From Ignavibacteriota bacterium (GTDB taxonomy: Bacteria > Bacteroidota > Ignavibacteria > UBA10030): 64,000 bases of DNA. Position 1 is the first letter of the stretch. Each line of letters starts with the position of its first letter. The stretch lies in assembly GCA_963727825.1 (NCBI GenBank), contig CAVSHO010000008.1:130675-194674 (forward strand), given 5' to 3'. Position numbers and translations under genes: made by a program. The notes under the pieces are model-generated. The model was given only the letters and a program-made list of their open reading frames with translations. It had not been told where the DNA came from and did not search any database. Shown in pieces: positions 60,070 through 64,000 of this stretch.

Positions 60070-61074
60070 ATGGAAAAAGCACGTATTGGTATAGTTGGAC
60101 TTGGGTCAATTGCTCAGACAATTCATCTCCCGATCCTCAATAAGTTTCCAGATGTCGAAATTGTAGCGGTTTGCGATCTCGACCGGGCAAAGGCGCAATT
60201 TGTAGCAGATAAATTCAAAGTGCGACGTTACTATAACAACTTCGAGAAAATGCTGGCGATTGAACGAGATCTCGATGGAATAGATATTTGCACTCCGACG
60301 ATATTGCATAAAGACATGGCGATTGCGGCATTGGCGGAAAAGAATAATGTTCTCATAGAAAAACCATTAGCACGAACCGCAATAGAAGCAGAAGAAATTG
60401 CCGCTGCAGCAAAGAAATACCATCATACATTGATGGTTGGAATGAACAATCGCTTCCGCCCGGACGCTATGATTCTTAAAAGTTTTATAGAAGATAAAGC
60501 ACTTGGTAAACTCTTTTATGCCAAGGCAGGATGGTTCAAAAAATTGAATGCGGAGAGTGCATGGCTAACTAAGAAAACACAATCCGGCGGCGTAGTACTC
60601 GACCTTGGCATCGTCATGCTTGATCTTGCTTTCTGGATGATGGGATTTCCAGAGGTTCGAGAAGTTTCAGCAACAAATTATTCGCATCATACAAAGGATG
60701 TAGAGGATTCATCGGTAGCGTTCCTCAAAATGAAAAACGGCTCCACATTAACTATTGAAGCAAGTTGGTCGTTTGAGTCCACCTCAGACTTTTTCTACTG
60801 CGATTGTTTTGGTACGGATGGAAGCGGTTCACTCAATCCATTTCGAATCGTCAAACGTATGCACGATAATCTTGTCAATTTCGCACCTGCTTCTATTGAA
60901 ACGCCGCAGAGTCTTTACCGTAAATCATACGAGAACGAGCTTAAACATTGGATTGGCTCATTGCGCGGATTGCACTCGGTTATTTCTAACGGCGATGAAG
61001 CTGTGCAACGAATGAAGATTATAGATTTAATTTACAAATCTGCTAAACGCGGCAAAGCGGTAGCAATAAAGTAG
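60070..61074 (+). CDS. Gfo/Idh/MocA family oxidoreductase
   Basis: IGIVGLGSI, EKP and GGVVLDLG. Confidence 0.92.
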   Translation: MEKARIGIVGLGSIAQTIHLPILNKFPDVEIVAVCDLDRAKAQFVADKFKVRRYYNNFEKMLAIERDLDGIDICTPTILHKDMAIAALAEKNNVLIEKPLARTAIEAEEIAAAAKKYHHTLMVGMNNRFRPDAMILKSFIEDKALGKLFYAKAGWFKKLNAESAWLTKKTQSGGVVLDLGIVMLDLAFWMMGFPEVREVSATNYSHHTKDVEDSSVAFLKMKNGSTLTIEASWSFESTSDFFYCDCFGTDGSGSLNPFRIVKRMHDNLVNFAPASIETPQSLYRKSYENELKHWIGSLRGLHSVISNGDEAVQRMKIIDLIYKSAKRGKAVAIK

Positions 61075-61092
61075 CTATAAGCAAGAATTTCT

Positions 61093-61905
61093 GTGGCTCA
61101 TTCGACAAATCGAACTCCGCAAATAATTGCACTTCTCACTGACTTCGGATTACAGGATCAGTATGTGGCATCGATGAAAGGAGTGATGTTATCTATTAAT
61201 TCAGCGCTGAATATAATAGATATCACTCACGAAATTCAGCCGTATATAATTCGTCAGGCTGCGTATGTGCTTTGGTCGGTGTACAATTATTTTCCGAAGG
61301 GTACAATTTTTGTAAATGTAGTTGATCCTGGTGTCGGTAGTGGAAGACGTATTATCGTGATGAAAACAAAGAAATATACATTTGTTGCTCCTGATAACGG
61401 ATTATTGGATTTTGTTTTATATCAAGAAAAAGCTATAACAGCGGTTGAGGTGACACAATCATCTCTAAAAAATAACGCCATAGGTGATGTATCATCAACA
61501 TTCCATGGGCGTGATTTGATAGCGCCGCTTGCTGCTTATATTTCCAACAACGTACCAATAAAGAAATTCGGTATCCCTTATTCGCTGCCTGAAATTCTTT
61601 CACCTTTTGTGAGTTCTCGGACGGATGTGGTATCGATGAGTATCCTACATATTGATAACTATGGAAATATCATTACAAATCTTCGGTCTTTTGAAGTAGA
61701 AAAAAGCATGAAGCAAATACAAACCATATCAATAGGCAGTAATATGGTGAGCAAGTGGATTCGGTTTTATGATGAGGCACCGGAAAATACTCCGTGTCTC
61801 ATCGTAGGCAGCAATGGTTTGGTAGAGATATCTGCAAAAAAAAATAGTGCTGCACATCTCCTGAGAGCTACGCTGGATTCTAGATTGAGAGTTTATTGGC
61901 GATGA
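61093..61905 (+). CDS. SAM hydroxide adenosyltransferase / chlorinase-fluorinase family (DUF62)
   Basis: LLTDFG..D.YV, VVDPGVGS.R, PDNG, STFHGRD and D.YGN.ITN. Confidence 0.93.
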   Translation: MAHSTNRTPQIIALLTDFGLQDQYVASMKGVMLSINSALNIIDITHEIQPYIIRQAAYVLWSVYNYFPKGTIFVNVVDPGVGSGRRIIVMKTKKYTFVAPDNGLLDFVLYQEKAITAVEVTQSSLKNNAIGDVSSTFHGRDLIAPLAAYISNNVPIKKFGIPYSLPEILSPFVSSRTDVVSMSILHIDNYGNIITNLRSFEVEKSMKQIQTISIGSNMVSKWIRFYDEAPENTPCLIVGSNGLVEISAKKNSAAHLLRATLDSRLRVYWR

Positions 61906-63002
61906 AGGCATTCAACGAAAATATAATCATGCAACGTTGTCTTGAACTTGCACAGAAGGGCGGAGGTACGGTCAGTCCCAACCCGATGGTAGGATGTGTA
62001 ATCGTGCGAAACAGCAAAATTGTGGGAGAAGGATTCCACAAAAAATTTGGCGGGCCGCATGCTGAAATTTACGCGCTAAAACATGCTGGAAATAAAGCTA
62101 AAGGTGCAACCTTATATCTCAATTTAGAGCCATGTGCACATTTTGGCAAAACACCGCCTTGTACTTATGCAATCATTCAATCTGGAATTTCTCAGGTGGT
62201 GATTGCATCGAAGGATCCCAATCCTCTGGTAAGCGGAAAGGGAATACAACGATTGCGCCACGCAGGCATTCAGGTGAAAGTTGGATTGCTTGAGGAAGAA
62301 GCTGAAGAGCTAAATGAAAAATTTTTCAAATATATGGAAACTGGTTTTCCTTTTGTCGGCATCAGGCTTGCACAAACGCTCGATGGAAAAATTGCCGATG
62401 CTGCAGGAAAATCAAAATGGATTACATCTGAAACTGCACGAAAAGAAGTGCATCGCCTGCGCAATGATTATGATGCGGTGTTGGTTGGAGCAAATACCGT
62501 TCTACAGGATAACCCGGAATTGACAGTCCGGCTTGTAAAGGGAAGGAATCCGGTGCGCGTTGTAATTGATGGACGTCTTTCACTTCCGACATCTCGCGCA
62601 ATCTTCGATACGTCTGCTGCGCCAACATGGCTAATGACATCCGCAAAGGCTGTAAAAATAAATATGCGAAAAGTGCAAAAGCTTATTTCGCAAGGTGTGC
62701 GGGTGCTTCCGGTTTCGTCTGCATTCAGTATCAATGCAGAACCAATACTCCACATACTTGCAGCTGAAGGTGTCTCTTCTGTACTCATAGAAGGCGGTGC
62801 AAAGACTGTGGATCCGTTTATCAATCAATCGTTTGCTGATAAGCTTTTTCTGTTTGTCGCACCCAAAATTTTTGGGAGCGGCGTGGATGGTTTCTGTTTT
62901 GACTCTCCGAGACTCCTACGTAAACCAATTAACCTGACGATAACAAAAGTCTCGCCCGTTGGAGAAGATATACTTGTTGAAGCAAAGTTTATTCACAAAT
63001 GA
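61902..63002 (+). CDS. ribD: Riboflavin biosynthesis deaminase/reductase
   Basis: PNPMVGC, HAE, LEPC.H..KTPPC, TLDGKI, SKWIT and IEGG. Confidence 0.97.
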   Translation: MKAFNENIIMQRCLELAQKGGGTVSPNPMVGCVIVRNSKIVGEGFHKKFGGPHAEIYALKHAGNKAKGATLYLNLEPCAHFGKTPPCTYAIIQSGISQVVIASKDPNPLVSGKGIQRLRHAGIQVKVGLLEEEAEELNEKFFKYMETGFPFVGIRLAQTLDGKIADAAGKSKWITSETARKEVHRLRNDYDAVLVGANTVLQDNPELTVRLVKGRNPVRVVIDGRLSLPTSRAIFDTSAAPTWLMTSAKAVKINMRKVQKLISQGVRVLPVSSAFSINAEPILHILAAEGVSSVLIEGGAKTVDPFINQSFADKLFLFVAPKIFGSGVDGFCFDSPRLLRKPINLTITKVSPVGEDILVEAKFIHK

Positions 63003-63015
63003 GAGAAGAAAAAAT

Positions 63016-63622
63016 ATGTTCACTGGATTAGTTGAAGAGACTGGAACCATCAAATCAATCAAACAAAAAGGTGGAAGTGTTATCTTCACTATTCAAGGTA
63101 AAAAAACTGTCAAAACTTTGCGCGTCGATCACAGCATTGCGGTGGAGGGTGTTTGTTTGACTGTTATTAAAAAAACATTGAATACATTTGATGTGCAAGC
63201 GGTGGAAGAGACCTTAAAGAAAACAACACTTGGAAATCTGGTGGCAGGTAGCCCCGTTAATCTGGAACGCCCATTGTTGCCTTCGGACCGGCTTGGCGGG
63301 CATTTTGTTCTTGGGCATGCGGATGGGCTTGGCAAAGTAATGGCATTGGAATACCGCGAAAGCAGTTGGATATTCTGGATTCGAGTGCCGAAGAAATTAG
63401 TACATCATCTTGTACCTGTCGGTTCCATTGCCGTCAACGGCGTAAGTTTGACGATGGCAGAAGTGAAAAGTAATTCTTTCGCTGTTTCCATCATTCCCAT
63501 ACTATGGAAGTGACAACATTCAAATTGCTTCAGCCTGGAGCAGCAGTAATCTTGAATTTGATGTTCTTGGCAAGTATGTGAAACGCCTGTTTGAGGTAAA
63601 AGGGATTTCGATAAAGAAATGA
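63016..63622 (+). CDS. ribE: Riboflavin synthase (alpha chain), two apparent single-base deletions near 63496 and 63548
   Basis: MFTGLVEE, GVCLT, VNLER and GGHFVLGH. The conserved tail IIPHT...VNLEFDVLGKYV is recovered only by adding one C and one A in homopolymers. Confidence 0.92.
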
Positions 63623-63728
63623 TAGTAAACTAATTTTCGTTCTTGCATTTTGAGCCATTTTTCCCTATAATAAAACTTGCAAACCCCCACAGTTGGTGGG
63701 GATTTTTTTAGCTTGAGGAACGACGTCA

Positions 63729-64000
63729 ATGTATACATTTGCAGACATTATAGAAATCATAATTGGAATTCTATTGATGCTCGCTATTCTAATGCAGTCG
63801 AGCAAAGGTGGCATTGGCTGGAGGTTTCGGCGGTTCCAACATTGGTACTGTCTTTGGAGTCCGGCGCACTTCGGATTTTCTCACTAATTTAACACAATGG
63901 CTGGCAGGCTTCATGGTTCTTGCTTTGGTTATCAACTTATGGTTATTGCCGCGCGGTGAGATGAAAAAAGAGAGTGTCATTCAATCTGGTCCTCCCCCAG
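63729..64000 (+). CDS. secG: Preprotein translocase SecG, frameshift near 63812, truncated at window end
   Basis: MYTF...ILMQSSKGG, then in another frame LAGGFGGSNIGTVFGVRRTSDFL. Confidence 0.88.

Noticed and set aside
63480-63830. Programmed frameshifting or pseudogenisation of ribE and secG
   Set aside because: The ribE indels fall in short homopolymers, both genes are conserved, the breaks cluster at the window end, and I saw no slippery heptamer or stimulator. Sequencing error is more parsimonious.

Overview
Mostly housekeeping chromosome from a moderately AT-rich FCB-group bacterium. It is most likely Ignavibacteria or a Chlorobi relative (inferred from the stand-alone atpDC pair, T9SS-type C-termini, the CPSKY-type CcmE and sigma70-like promoters). 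Core genes include atpDC, alr, purF, ftsY, mutL, pyrKD, folCE, rho, panD, lemA, htpX, bamD, ccmABCDE, xseAB, dxs, ribDE, secG and three tRNAs (Thr-CGT, Ser-GGA, Ser-CGA). The most unusual items are: (1) an integrase-free GIY-YIG nuclease ORF exactly bracketed by a 30-bp direct repeat of the tRNA-Ser(GGA) 3' end, with a 42-bp double hairpin inserted into the T-loop of the second copy; (2) a dispersed microcompartment signature (PduS+PduT, plus an RpiB with a BMC-type N-terminal extension and Cys->Asp active site); (3) a full-length PolB with essentially all catalytic motifs degenerate, coupled to nfeD-slipin; (4) a 111-bp MITE with an 8-bp target duplication upstream of atpD; (5) an ORF6N remnant with two palindromic variable segments between duplicated bshB1 3' ends, next to an AT-rich HNH gene; (6) a pseudo-receiver/His-less DHp gene inside the lemA-TPM operon. 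Single-base frameshifts in pgsA, bshB1, ribE and secG look like sequencing indels. All family assignments come from motif recognition by eye; no database searches were run.
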